Shown here piece after piece: positions 44,361 through 53,662 of a stretch of 64,000 nt of DNA. The notes below the pieces were generated by a model that made no database searches, was not told where the DNA came from, and saw nothing but the letters and a program-made list of their open reading frames with translations. The stretch lies in the NCBI GenBank assembly GCA_049700035.1, contig JBNAWC010000002.1:6847-70846 (forward strand). The letters run 5' to 3'. Each line of letters opens with the position of its first letter. Position 1 is the stretch's first letter. Both the position numbers and the translations under genes were made by a program. Source of the stretch: Candidatus Bathyarchaeales archaeon (GTDB lineage: Archaea; Thermoproteota; Bathyarchaeia; Bathyarchaeales; Bathycorpusculaceae).

Positions 44361-45116
44361 TTATTCGGTTTCGATTCTTGGTGCCAAGTAAAATACTAAT
44401 TTGCCTTCTTTTGCTTGTTGAAAGTCTAGTTTGATGGGCATGTCTTTTGAAAATTCTAACGTTACCACTTCTGATGTCGCAGACGCAGCCTTTATGATTT
44501 CAGAAAGGTAGCTTAAGCTGAAGGTTGCTTTTGAGGGTTCTTTAACTTCTAGGTCTAAAAGTGCGTCGCTTCCCTTTTGCAGTGTTATTGTCGCACCCAT
44601 AAGGTCTCCGGAAGCGTTAAAAACCAGTTTTTCGCTGTCCGCTTCTATGCGAACATGGTCGCTAACGAGTTGCGCGTCTTCTATGGCTTGGCTTAAGCCG
44701 TCAGTTGTTGTTTTGGCTCTTACGTTGAACATCAGTTTTGGCGTTGGAACTTCCTCTTCGGAAGCCTCAAGCGTTGGCATCGTGAAGTTTCTTGCATATT
44801 TGCCAGTTATCTTCACCTGTAGGCGTCCAGTTTTCTCATCGAGAGAAAGCTCAACAACTTCATCTTTACCTGTTCTTTTTAGCAGTTTTAGCAGTTCGCC
44901 GATATTTATGCACATTTTTGTCGGTTCTGTACACTCATATTCTTCGAAAACCGTTTTTGGCCATTCAAAGTCAACCATCGCAACGCGTGACGGGTCCATC
45001 GCCCTGAGTTTTAGCCCTTCTGGTTCGATTTTGAATGTTGCTTCGTCTACTAGTATGGATATGGCTGTTGCCATGTCTCGTAAAAGTTTGGCGTCTGAAA
45101 CTTTGATTCTGAACAT
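44361..45116 (-). CDS. pcn: DNA polymerase sliding clamp (PCNA)
   Basis: 251 aa with two-domain PCNA-type sequence (MFRIKVSDAKLLRDMATAISILVDEATFKIEPEGLKLRAMDPSRVAMVDF...). Conserved tfs-pcna-priL context. Confidence 0.9.
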   Translation of the reverse strand: MFRIKVSDAKLLRDMATAISILVDEATFKIEPEGLKLRAMDPSRVAMVDFEWPKTVFEEYECTEPTKMCINIGELLKLLKRTGKDEVVELSLDEKTGRLQVKITGKYARNFTMPTLEASEEEVPTPKLMFNVRAKTTTDGLSQAIEDAQLVSDHVRIEADSEKLVFNASGDLMGATITLQKGSDALLDLEVKEPSKATFSLSYLSEIIKAASATSEVVTLEFSKDMPIKLDFQQAKEGKLVFYLAPRIETE

Positions 45117-45212
45117 GGTAATCCCTTTCTAATGGTATGTGGTTATCAATAAAAGGCTTTACTATGCTTTTAAAAGCTTTGTTGGAAGCATTGCGGTTGT
45201 TTTTCTCGATGT

Positions 45213-45563
45213 TTAGCTGTATTCTCTGAATGTGTAGCCACATTTTGTGCAGCGTAGGAATTGCGTTGAGGATTCGTCGGCGCCTCGTGTTTGCACCTGC
45301 CAAACGTAGGCTGTGTTGTTTCCACATTTTGGGCATTCAACGCGTACTGTCGGTAACGTTCGTAGTTTCTGTTCTTCTTTGCCTATGACTGCAACAAGCT
45401 GTTGGGGTTTGTGCTCTATCACTTTTGCCACTTTAGGCTCAACCTTTTTTGGCGGAGCCTTCTTGTAACCACACTTTGGACAAGTCATCACAATTAACGA
45501 TTCTTTCCCGCTTTTACTTTTCTTTGGTACCAGACGAGAACCACATTTGGGACAAAATTCCAT
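45213..45563 (-). CDS. tfs: transcription factor S (TFS / RpoM-like)
   Basis: N-terminal ribbon CPKCGS...CPKCGY. C-terminal ribbon CPKCGNNTAYVWQVQTRGADESSTQFLRCTKCGY with the acidic hairpin. Confidence 0.9.
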   Translation of the reverse strand: MEFCPKCGSRLVPKKSKSGKESLIVMTCPKCGYKKAPPKKVEPKVAKVIEHKPQQLVAVIGKEEQKLRTLPTVRVECPKCGNNTAYVWQVQTRGADESSTQFLRCTKCGYTFREYS

Positions 45564-45643
45564 GGCGTTTTACTCCGCTTTCCGTCTGTTTTTCCTTAAC
45601 TTGGCTCCTTTTAAACCTTTTCTTGCTTGAATAAGTATTGGGA

Positions 45644-46231
45644 CTAAACATTGCTTATTCCAGACGCTATGAGGTGCGCCACACGCAAGGCTTCTGGAAT
45701 GCTGCTCCGTGTTGAAGTCAGTTGTAGAATTTTTTCAGCGTCTTCTCTTAATATGCCAGAGACTTGCATGTGAATTTTCTCATTTTTGTTTCTTGTGAAA
45801 ACTTCGTGTACTTCGCCAGCGTTTTTGATTGCTCTCCATCTTTCTTCGCTTTTAGGCAACTTTTTAAGTGCTTTGCGAATTTCTTCGAAGTTTGGCTTTT
45901 CTCTGGTGACCGCTATTATTGGGAGGTTTGTTTTCGAGAAAAGCTCCTTTATGTCTATTACGTTAAAGCCCGCGAATGTTATTCCGTTGAGCATTATAAC
46001 TCTTAACTGCTTGTAGTGCGGCGAGTTAAGCACCATGTGTGAGATTTTTTGTGTAGCGTCAAACCCGTCCACTTCAACTGTTGTGTGCATGACTCCGTCA
46101 AGCCAGTATCCGCCTCGAAAGACAACACCCACAACTGACACTAGTCCCTTTTTGCGGGGAACAAATACACCGTCATCCACGCCGAGCACGCGAATTTCTG
46201 GCTTAATTATTCGGAATTTCTTGCAAAACAA
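45644..46231 (-). CDS. DUF99/UPF0215 family protein (EndoV-like fold)
   Basis: IRVLGVDDGVF...VVGVVFRGGYWLDGVMHTTVEVDGFDAT is typical of archaeal DUF99. TTG start. Confidence 0.75.
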   Translation of the reverse strand: MFCKKFRIIKPEIRVLGVDDGVFVPRKKGLVSVVGVVFRGGYWLDGVMHTTVEVDGFDATQKISHMVLNSPHYKQLRVIMLNGITFAGFNVIDIKELFSKTNLPIIAVTREKPNFEEIRKALKKLPKSEERWRAIKNAGEVHEVFTRNKNEKIHMQVSGILREDAEKILQLTSTRSSIPEALRVAHLIASGISNV

Positions 46232-46284
46232 GCGCCTCGCCAGTAACAGAGTATTAGATAAGGCATTATAAGTTTAACTAGCAA

Positions 46285-46701
46285 ATGTGGAAAGAAGGGG
46301 AAGCGAAAATGAAAAGTGAAAAAGTATTCTCGTTCCTAAAGTCCTATAAGAACCTAAATGAGGTTTTAAAAGATCATAAGCTTGCATCTTTGGGCGATGC
46401 GTACGTGAATTTTGTTTATGCTTTAGCATTATCAAATAAGAGACGCGTGCCCTCTGGCGCCAAGGTTAGGGGAAGCATTCTCGCGGAAGCCATCAAACAA
46501 GCGGCTTTGAGAGAGTTTTTGCCATCAAGGATGGAGCGGCACCTACTTGCAGACGCGGCTGAAGCGTTGATAGTTTATGCTTGGCTCAATAATTTTGTCA
46601 CGTTAGAAGAAGGTGTCTCAATCCTAGAAAAATTCGATGATGCAGTAGAGGGCTTTAGCCATTTGTTAAGGGAGATAAAGAACAAGATTAGATTTTCTTA
46701 A
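46285..46701 (+). CDS. RNase III catalytic-domain-only protein (Mini-III-like), no dsRBD
   Basis: HKLASLGDAYVNFVYALAL matches the RNase III signature (ExLExLGD-type). LLADAAEALIVYAWL matches the second catalytic motif (D-x-x-E-A-l-i-G-A). Alternative ATG at 46309 follows GAAGGGGAAG. Confidence 0.6.
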   Translation: MWKEGEAKMKSEKVFSFLKSYKNLNEVLKDHKLASLGDAYVNFVYALALSNKRRVPSGAKVRGSILAEAIKQAALREFLPSRMERHLLADAAEALIVYAWLNNFVTLEEGVSILEKFDDAVEGFSHLLREIKNKIRFS

Positions 46702-46972
46702 GGGATTTCTCCAGTTCTTCTTTAAATTCTTCATTTATGTTTTGTGCCGTTTTTATGGCTTTTAACAGAACTTCTTTTGGCTTTGTCTTTCCCTTTGTGC
46801 GAATGTATATTACGGGGTTTGATGCCAGCGGATGTGGTATATCGTAGCCCGCCAAATCAACATTCTCATCTTCTGATAGTATCTTTTGCAAAATGTTACA
46901 TAATGTGTGTCCTATGCCTTCAACTTCTATTTTAAGCTCGTTTGAAGTTTCTTTCAAAATTTTTACCTTCAA
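46688..46972 (-). CDS. rpoL: DNA-directed RNA polymerase subunit L (Rpo11)
   Basis: ELKIEVEGIGHTLCNILQKILSEDENVDLAGYDIPHPL. Confidence 0.9.
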   Translation of the reverse strand: MKVKILKETSNELKIEVEGIGHTLCNILQKILSEDENVDLAGYDIPHPLASNPVIYIRTKGKTKPKEVLLKAIKTAQNINEEFKEELEKSLKKI

Positions 46973-47554
46973 TTAGACAACCCCTTTCCCATAATCTAAG
47001 GCTGTTTTACGCTTTTCAATTTTTCCACACTTAGGACAGCGCATTGCATGACGCCACAACTCAAGCATGAAACCGCATTGTGAACAGAAAGCGTATATGA
47101 CGCCTAAATTTCTGTCCTTAATGGATAAGTGGTAAACTCTGTTTTTGTCGCTTATAACTTTGGCTCTAATGATGTCGCCAGGCTTGCAAACGTCATACAT
47201 CGATTCAACGTATCGCATCTGAACGTCGGACACGTGAAGAACGCCCGTGAAGAATCCAGAAAGCATCTTGCCTCCAACTTTGAAAATCCGTATAGCTGCA
47301 TTTTCGTTTTGGACGCTTGCCACTTGCCCTAAAACTATGCTTCCGATGTTTGGAACTCTTGCTCCGTGTACTAGCGGGTAAACTGAAACGCGTTTATTGA
47401 GAAGGTCAAGTAATGCTCGCCCAACAACCTTGGAGTATATCACTCCATCTTTAACGTATGTTCCAGCATCTGGAATAAACTCTTCAATAACACCCAACCG
47501 CTCTCCGGGCAACACAAATTTGCCGCTTTCGCGATTCTTATCATCAAAGCTCAT
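46973..47554 (-). CDS. csl4: exosome complex RNA-binding protein Csl4
   Basis: N-terminal PGERLGVIEEFIPDAGTY, an S1 domain, and a C-terminal Zn ribbon CSQCG...CPKCG. Confidence 0.88.
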   Translation of the reverse strand: MSFDDKNRESGKFVLPGERLGVIEEFIPDAGTYVKDGVIYSKVVGRALLDLLNKRVSVYPLVHGARVPNIGSIVLGQVASVQNENAAIRIFKVGGKMLSGFFTGVLHVSDVQMRYVESMYDVCKPGDIIRAKVISDKNRVYHLSIKDRNLGVIYAFCSQCGFMLELWRHAMRCPKCGKIEKRKTALDYGKGVV

Positions 47555-47666
47555 TTAAATTCCCTTTTTCACCATTCTAAATTAGGGCTGTTCTGCAACA
47601 TTAAGCAAACGTTAGACATGCGTTGCATCAAAGTAGTTTATCACGCAAGCAATAAACCTTTTGATT

Positions 47667-48365
47667 TCAGCATCTCTCTATGACGTATAAGTCTACTAGG
47701 AAAGCATGTCTCTTTTTGGTGTGAAATGGAAACATGTGCGGAATAGTCATCACCATGGAATATGCGGCAATAATCCTTCCACCCATGTCTTCAACGAAGT
47801 TTTCAATGAATGAAGAAGGAGCAGCTGCGACAAAACCCGATGAAGATGTTTTCACTTTTTTTACAAGGTTTTTGTCTTTGCAAAGACTCTTATGAAGCGA
47901 ATATACTCTTTTGCCTATTTCTAGAGCTTTCTCCAGAAATTTTGCGTCAGCCTTGCGCTTCTGCACGCCAAATGGTGGATTTTGCAGCACTGTATTAAAG
48001 TTTCCACGAATAGCGTTTATGTCAGCGTTAATCCACTGCACCCTACTCCTTAACTTTAACTTAACAGAGTTCTCGAAAGCTAACTTTACGGCATTCTTAT
48101 CGACGTCTATGCCCACCACACACTTTGCTCCTAAAAAAGCTGCACCAAGAGCTAACCGCCCAGTACCACAACCCATATCCACAACAGTTTTGCCGACAAT
48201 ATCGCCGTAAGTGTAGGCTGCCATGTACAGCATTGTTGCTGCGACATCTACGGAAATTGTGTATTGTTCAAGGCTTGCCGTTGGGGATGGATGTGGTGGG
48301 ATTTGGGACAGCAGTAGTTCTAGGTCTAGTTTTCGAACCAGCCTTTTTTGCATAATTTTTCCCAA
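47667..48365 (-). CDS. METTL5-like N6-adenine (rRNA) methyltransferase (COG2263)
   Basis: LEQYTISVDVAATML, VVDMGCGTGRLALGAAFLGA, and NPPFG motif (VLQNPPFGVQKRKAD). Its 5' end overlaps the dph2 3' end by 40 nt. Confidence 0.8.
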   Translation of the reverse strand: MGKIMQKRLVRKLDLELLLSQIPPHPSPTASLEQYTISVDVAATMLYMAAYTYGDIVGKTVVDMGCGTGRLALGAAFLGAKCVVGIDVDKNAVKLAFENSVKLKLRSRVQWINADINAIRGNFNTVLQNPPFGVQKRKADAKFLEKALEIGKRVYSLHKSLCKDKNLVKKVKTSSSGFVAAAPSSFIENFVEDMGGRIIAAYSMVMTIPHMFPFHTKKRHAFLVDLYVIERC

Positions 48366-49330
48366 GATAATTCGCCGATGACTACTAGGGCTTCGTTCAC
48401 TGTTAAGATTGGTTTTCTGAATCTAGAAGCGTCGTCAAGCGATATTCTTGGACATGCGGTGTTGACGTAAGCGTCTATCGCTGGAAACTCCATCATCATT
48501 TCCGGAGTCACTTCTCTGATAGCAAAAAGATATACGTTTTTGCTTTGTTCTTCAAGTTTCTGCTTCAAATCCACAGCCTTTTCAAGCTGTTTCTGTCCAG
48601 GCTTCAATCCTACCAAAACAGCCATAGTTCTCGCTTGTTTAGCCTCTTCTATACTAGCCCATCGCTGTTTAACTATTTTCTCTACGTCCTTTTCGATGGA
48701 AGATGCTGTTTTTTCGTATGGGTCGACGGCTATTGTTGGTTTAGATGTTGAAAGTGCAACACCTAATGCGTGAAAGCGTCCACCACCTATAAAAAGGAAC
48801 GCCTCAACGTCTTTTGCTATTGATGTTGCGTTGCTATAGTTGCAACCTATCACTTGTCCAGGATAGTTCAGTTGTCCAGCATCACCTACGATAACGGCTT
48901 TCCCAGCGCGTAACAGCACATCCTTAATGTGATCTATTGTTTGCACATGCTGTACCGTCGTTGTTAATCCTATTTTGCGCCAACCTTCAAGTAAGGGCAA
49001 AGCCTTTTCAACGGTTTCTTCAACGCTTACTGTTGCTCTAGCCTCGACGTAAATCGTTGGAACCCGTTCATGCCTTAACATTTTAGAATGCCCATAATGG
49101 ATTAGGAGGTCAACGCCTAGGCTTTCCGCGTCAGATGTTGCCAAGTCACATGCGCCATAACATGGGTCTGCAGAAATTATTGGCAATGCCCCAGCCTTTT
49201 CGATTATCTTTGCCAGTCGTGTTGCTTCGGGTTTTAAGCCTTCTGGAAGCTGAACCAAAACGCGTTTTGCCCCAAGCCTTTGCACTTCTCTCTTTACCCT
49301 TTCTTCTTCAAGGTCGAAAAATCTCATCAA
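48326..49330 (-). CDS. dph2: 2-(3-amino-3-carboxypropyl)histidine synthase (diphthamide synthesis Dph2)
   Basis: RVLVQLPEGLKPEA...ISADPCYGACDL and a C-terminal CPR motif (NTACPRISLDD). Confidence 0.88.
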   Translation of the reverse strand: MMRFFDLEEERVKREVQRLGAKRVLVQLPEGLKPEATRLAKIIEKAGALPIISADPCYGACDLATSDAESLGVDLLIHYGHSKMLRHERVPTIYVEARATVSVEETVEKALPLLEGWRKIGLTTTVQHVQTIDHIKDVLLRAGKAVIVGDAGQLNYPGQVIGCNYSNATSIAKDVEAFLFIGGGRFHALGVALSTSKPTIAVDPYEKTASSIEKDVEKIVKQRWASIEEAKQARTMAVLVGLKPGQKQLEKAVDLKQKLEEQSKNVYLFAIREVTPEMMMEFPAIDAYVNTACPRISLDDASRFRKPILTVNEALVVIGELSWEKLCKKGWFEN

Positions 49331-49386
49331 ACAAGCCCCAGCTTAAAATCGAGAAATTGAGGGATTAGGAAACGCGTTATTCTTCT

Positions 49387-51855
49387 TTATTCTGATTCGT
49401 CCCACTGAGGCGCCCACTCCCATTCGCGTTTTGGTTTTCGTTGTGGGCGCCCAAGGCTTCGCTCTTTTTGTTCTGCAAGTTGTTCAAGAATTATCTTTTG
49501 TTCTATGCTTGCAACAAGCTTCTTGGTTGCAACAACGGCATCCGCGTTAACTGATATGCTGTCAATCCCAGCCCTTACAAGGAACTCCGTGAAGTCTGGC
49601 AGGTTTGATGGTCCTTCTCCGCATATTGATACAGTACAGCCGTTAGCGTGTGCAACTTTGATTAGGTGAGCGATTATCCTTTTTACCGCTGGGTCTCTTT
49701 CGTCGAAGTATCCCATCTGCCCTAGACGCTCAGAGTCCCTGTCAATCATCAGTATTCCTTGCGTCATATCGTTTGAGCCTATTGAGAAGCCGTCGCAAAG
49801 CTTTGAAAACTCATCTGCAAGTATCGCAATTGAAGGCGTTTCAGCCATGAACCAGACTTGGAAGTCTCTTGACCTTTCCAAGCCTTCCTCACGCATAATT
49901 TCGAGGCATTTTTTGGCTTCCCATAATGTGCGGACTACTGGAAGCATGACCCAGACGTTTTTAAGTCCCCATTCTTTTCTGCATTTGCTTATTGCTTGGC
50001 ATTCAAGCCTGAAGGCTTTTTCATACCATGGACTTATGTAGCGGCTGCAACCTCTCCACCCAAGCATTGGGTTTGCCTCGACAATCTCGTATTTTTCGCC
50101 GCCCTTCAATTCTCTATACTCGTTGGTTTTGAAGTCGCTGAAGCGAACGACGACTGGGCGTGGTTGTATAGCTCTTGCAACGGTTGCTATTCCCTCTGCA
50201 AGCTTATCAACAAACTTTTGAGACTGCCCAGTTTCAACGAGGTATAGTGGATGTTCGCCTATGTAGCTGGCTAGGATGAACTCTATGCGCATCAGCCCTA
50301 TGCCTTCAAATGGCAAGTCCTTGTAATCCTCAATTTTTTCTGGAACGCCCAAGTTCATGTATATTTTTGTCGCAGTCACTGGTACTGAGTAGACTATTCC
50401 TCCGCTGGCTGGAGTTGTCGGTGAAGCAGTCGCGGTGGAAGATGAAAGTTGCTCAGTTAATGTTGGTAAAACACCTTCGTAAACGACGCCGCTTCTCGCG
50501 TCCACAGTATACTCTTTACCTGTAACCATAAGTTTCGTGGCGTTTTCTGTTCCAACAACACATGGTATGCCAAGTTCTCGGCTGACAATTGCTGCGTGAC
50601 ATGTTACGCCGCCTTTGTCAGTTACTATTGCGCCTGCAAGCTTCATGAACGGCACATAGTCAGGATTCGTCATATCCGTTACCAAAATGTCTCCTTTTTG
50701 CATAACTTTGGCGGCTTCTTGCGGATTCAAAACCACTTTTGCCACACCTACACCGAAGCCTCTCTTGCCTGCGGCTATGCCTTTGACGACCACCTTAAGC
50801 ATCTCAGTAGACTTTTCCGCAACCTCTTTTTCTGGAGGCTGTAATGCCTTTGCGCTCCAAACCGTTTCAGGTCTTGATTGTACAATGAAGACATTGTTCG
50901 GAAATGGTAGGTCGCTGTCAATTGCCCATTCGATGTCTTGGGCTTTCCCGTAATGCTGTTCTATGCGTTTCGCTAGCTCTGCCAGTTTGAGTATTTCAGC
51001 GTCGTTTAAGCATGGCTGCTCCTGTTTTTCTAGCGGCACTTCAACGTGAACTGTTTTGCCAGTTGTCGGATCACGAATGTATTGCACGGTTTTCTTTGCT
51101 ATGCGCTTCTCAATAACTTTTAATGTTTTCTTGTCGACGATGAAGTCGTCTGGAGTCACAGCGCCAGAAACAACAGCTTCACCTAATCCATAGTTGCCCT
51201 CAATTACTATCTGATCTGGGTCGCCAGTGACGGGGTTTATTGTGAACATGACGCCAGCTGCTTTAGAGTTAACCATTTTTTGGATGCCTACGCTTATGAA
51301 GACTTTTTCATGTGCAAAGCCTTTCTCTGAGCGGTAAAAGATGGCACGTGGCGTAAAGAGACTTGACCAGCATTTTAAGGTTTTTTCAACAACTTCGTCA
51401 GAGCCTCTAACATTAAGGTATGTTTCTTGCTGCCCAGCAAAGGATGCATCAGGCAGATCTTCGGCTGTGGCGCTTGACCTGACAGCAACAAAAACGTCTT
51501 TTATGTTTAGCCTTTTGCACAATTCTTCGTAGGCTTGCCTAATGGCGTTTTCAATTTCTTTTGGTATGGGCGTTGCCTCTATTAGTTCGCGAATCTTTTT
51601 TGAGGCTATCTCATACTGTTTCGGGTCGTTTGGGTTTGTGACTGTTTCCTGTATTATCTCGTATATTTTTGTGGCTATTCCAGTTTCTTCAATGAACCGT
51701 TTGTAGGCATAGGCGGTAACAGCAAAGCCTGGTGGAACTGGTATTCCAGCACTGGTCATTTCGCCTAGGTTGGCGTTTTTACCTCCGACTGATGGTATGT
51801 CCGTTTTTCTGAGGTTTTCGAACCATATCACTAAATCTTTTTTCATTTCAGCCAA
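49387..51855 (-). CDS. ppsA: phosphoenolpyruvate synthase (pyruvate, water dikinase)
   Basis: GGKNANLGEM, phosphohistidine motif GGVTCHAAIVSRELGIPCVVG, and a PEP-utilising C-terminal domain (GFSIGSNDMTQ). Confidence 0.93.
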   Translation of the reverse strand: MAEMKKDLVIWFENLRKTDIPSVGGKNANLGEMTSAGIPVPPGFAVTAYAYKRFIEETGIATKIYEIIQETVTNPNDPKQYEIASKKIRELIEATPIPKEIENAIRQAYEELCKRLNIKDVFVAVRSSATAEDLPDASFAGQQETYLNVRGSDEVVEKTLKCWSSLFTPRAIFYRSEKGFAHEKVFISVGIQKMVNSKAAGVMFTINPVTGDPDQIVIEGNYGLGEAVVSGAVTPDDFIVDKKTLKVIEKRIAKKTVQYIRDPTTGKTVHVEVPLEKQEQPCLNDAEILKLAELAKRIEQHYGKAQDIEWAIDSDLPFPNNVFIVQSRPETVWSAKALQPPEKEVAEKSTEMLKVVVKGIAAGKRGFGVGVAKVVLNPQEAAKVMQKGDILVTDMTNPDYVPFMKLAGAIVTDKGGVTCHAAIVSRELGIPCVVGTENATKLMVTGKEYTVDARSGVVYEGVLPTLTEQLSSSTATASPTTPASGGIVYSVPVTATKIYMNLGVPEKIEDYKDLPFEGIGLMRIEFILASYIGEHPLYLVETGQSQKFVDKLAEGIATVARAIQPRPVVVRFSDFKTNEYRELKGGEKYEIVEANPMLGWRGCSRYISPWYEKAFRLECQAISKCRKEWGLKNVWVMLPVVRTLWEAKKCLEIMREEGLERSRDFQVWFMAETPSIAILADEFSKLCDGFSIGSNDMTQGILMIDRDSERLGQMGYFDERDPAVKRIIAHLIKVAHANGCTVSICGEGPSNLPDFTEFLVRAGIDSISVNADAVVATKKLVASIEQKIILEQLAEQKERSLGRPQRKPKREWEWAPQWDESE

Positions 51856-52369
51856 CGTTTTTCACCTCTTCCTCCTTTTGTGCTTTTTCAATTACTATTC
51901 TACATGGTATTGGAAGCTTTGCGCTTCCCCGCCTTAAGGCTTCTTTTGCAACTTCAAGTCCATCAGCGTTAACGCAAACAGTAATAATTGTTTGTTTGGG
52001 TTCAACCCGCGCCGCAGTTCCTATGGGTTTTCCAAAAGCTCTACGCATACCATCCTGTAGACGGTCTGCATGTGCACCAAAAATCATTTTATTTTCTCTG
52101 AGGATTACGTGTGGGTATGGATGGATTTGTAAGCGATAATTATCTGAAAGTTTCTCCATGAGAAGACGGTTTGTAGCCACACGTGCCGCCTCAAGGGCGT
52201 TGTGGCGAATTTGGGCTTTTTCAAGCGCTATAAGTTTTGCTTCATATTCAAATTGTGCCTTTGTGTTTCCCATAGTGAATTTTGTTATTTTTGGTTGAGG
52301 GAAACCTTTTACAAACTCTCTTCTAGTGTAGGGCTGTCCTTTCACTTCCCTGTAGTTTTTTGCGCGCAT
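51848..52369 (-). CDS. rpl10e: 50S ribosomal protein L10e (uL16)
   Basis: YREVKGQPYTRREFVKGFPQPKI. ATG 52369 follows AAGGGG and is preferred over ATG 52387. The 3' end overlaps the ppsA start by 8 nt. Confidence 0.9.
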   Translation of the reverse strand: MRAKNYREVKGQPYTRREFVKGFPQPKITKFTMGNTKAQFEYEAKLIALEKAQIRHNALEAARVATNRLLMEKLSDNYRLQIHPYPHVILRENKMIFGAHADRLQDGMRRAFGKPIGTAARVEPKQTIITVCVNADGLEVAKEALRRGSAKLPIPCRIVIEKAQKEEEVKNVG

Positions 52370-52472
52370 ACTGTTCCCCTTCAGCATACCAGAATCGTTA
52401 TATTTAAACGATTTGTTGAAGAAACGTTTTGATTAAGGTTATGAATCTGGAATATTGTTTTTAGATTAATGA

Positions 52473-52988
52473 CTACAATTTCCTACCTTTCAACCAGATT
52501 TTTGCAAGTTCATCATAGTTTGGAAACAATTTCCTCATAATTGGAATATACATGCGTATCTCATCATCCGTCAAGTACTGGAACTGGTACTCTCCAACAT
52601 ATGGCGCTGGTTCCCCCTCCCTCGTTTCAAATTCTATGTGCATGAATGGATCTCCACGCTTAATAGTGATTGGACAGCGGTCATTACTCAGGTTTACAAG
52701 TTCCAAAGCAAGTCTTCCAACGAAGCCGCTGTGAACCTTTGCTGCGTTGAGGAAGGATAAGCCCATTCTTCCATACCTGCTTTTTGCCGTCAAGTGTGCA
52801 ACATAGTTTGGTGGGGTAAAGACTATTTCGTATGATATTAGGTTTTTATGTTCTAGATAGTGAAGCGTCGTCTCCTCTTTCACCGTTAATATGTAGCTGT
52901 CGCCGTCCAACAAATTGTAATCGTAGGGGTAGATGCACTTGTAGTTCTCAATAAGTTCTTTTAGCTTGTCCTTGCCAAGTATGCACAT
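52473..52988 (-). CDS. dCTP deaminase/dUTPase-superfamily protein, divergent
   Basis: SRYGRMGLSFLNAAKVHSGFVGRLALELVNLSNDRCPITIKRGDPFMHIEF parallels the dCTP deaminase core 's.aR.Gl.....idpGf.G..tLEl.N....i.l..G..i.ql.f', but the Asp of DPG is His. Confidence 0.55.
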   Translation of the reverse strand: MCILGKDKLKELIENYKCIYPYDYNLLDGDSYILTVKEETTLHYLEHKNLISYEIVFTPPNYVAHLTAKSRYGRMGLSFLNAAKVHSGFVGRLALELVNLSNDRCPITIKRGDPFMHIEFETREGEPAPYVGEYQFQYLTDDEIRMYIPIMRKLFPNYDELAKIWLKGRKL

Positions 52989-53041
52989 TTTGAGACCTCA
53001 AATTTTCTAGCAATAGTAAAGTTTACACGTTATAAGTTTTT

Positions 53042-53662
53042 TCATACAGATAGTGTCGCCTCAAAAAGCACAATCTTTTCAAAGAATGATAAATCACGCT
53101 CCGCAATGACCACCGCCTTCATCCCAGCACTCTCAAACTTCCGCATAGTCTCGTCGATTCCAGAAAGGTTTGACTGCATCAAAAGCACACGACCAGAAGC
53201 TTTCAAGTATTTTGGCGCTTCGCAAATAAAACGGTCAATTACTTGCCTTCCATCAAGTCCACCAGACCATGCATATTCAATCCACGAGAGCCTTTCACTA
53301 TTCTCTGTTGGTAAGTAAGGCGCGTTAAAAAGGATTAAATCGAAAACCCTCTTCATCCTAAGCGGTGCGAATAGGTTTCCTTGAATAAAAAATATTTTAT
53401 CCGCAACTTTGCTTTGCTTTGCATTTTCCTTTGCGCATCGAATAGCGTGAGGGTTTATGTCAACAGCGATTACTTTGGAAGATTTTTCCGCGGCGACTAT
53501 TCCCAAAATGCCGCATCCCGTGCCCATATCAAGAACGACATCGCCACTTTTGACATTTAGGTTTTCTGCAAATAGAAATGAATCCTCTGCGGGTTCGTAA
53601 ACATTTTCGTAAACATGAAAGCGCTTACCCGCAAAAAACACAGTTTTACACTGCGAAAGCAT
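53042..53662 (-). CDS. HemK-related protein-(glutamine-N5) methyltransferase (Mtq2/PrmC-like)
   Basis: VYEPAEDSFL, VLDMGTGCGILGI, and FDLILFNAPYLP (the NPPY-type motif). Confidence 0.8.
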   Translation of the reverse strand: MLSQCKTVFFAGKRFHVYENVYEPAEDSFLFAENLNVKSGDVVLDMGTGCGILGIVAAEKSSKVIAVDINPHAIRCAKENAKQSKVADKIFFIQGNLFAPLRMKRVFDLILFNAPYLPTENSERLSWIEYAWSGGLDGRQVIDRFICEAPKYLKASGRVLLMQSNLSGIDETMRKFESAGMKAVVIAERDLSFFEKIVLFEATLSV

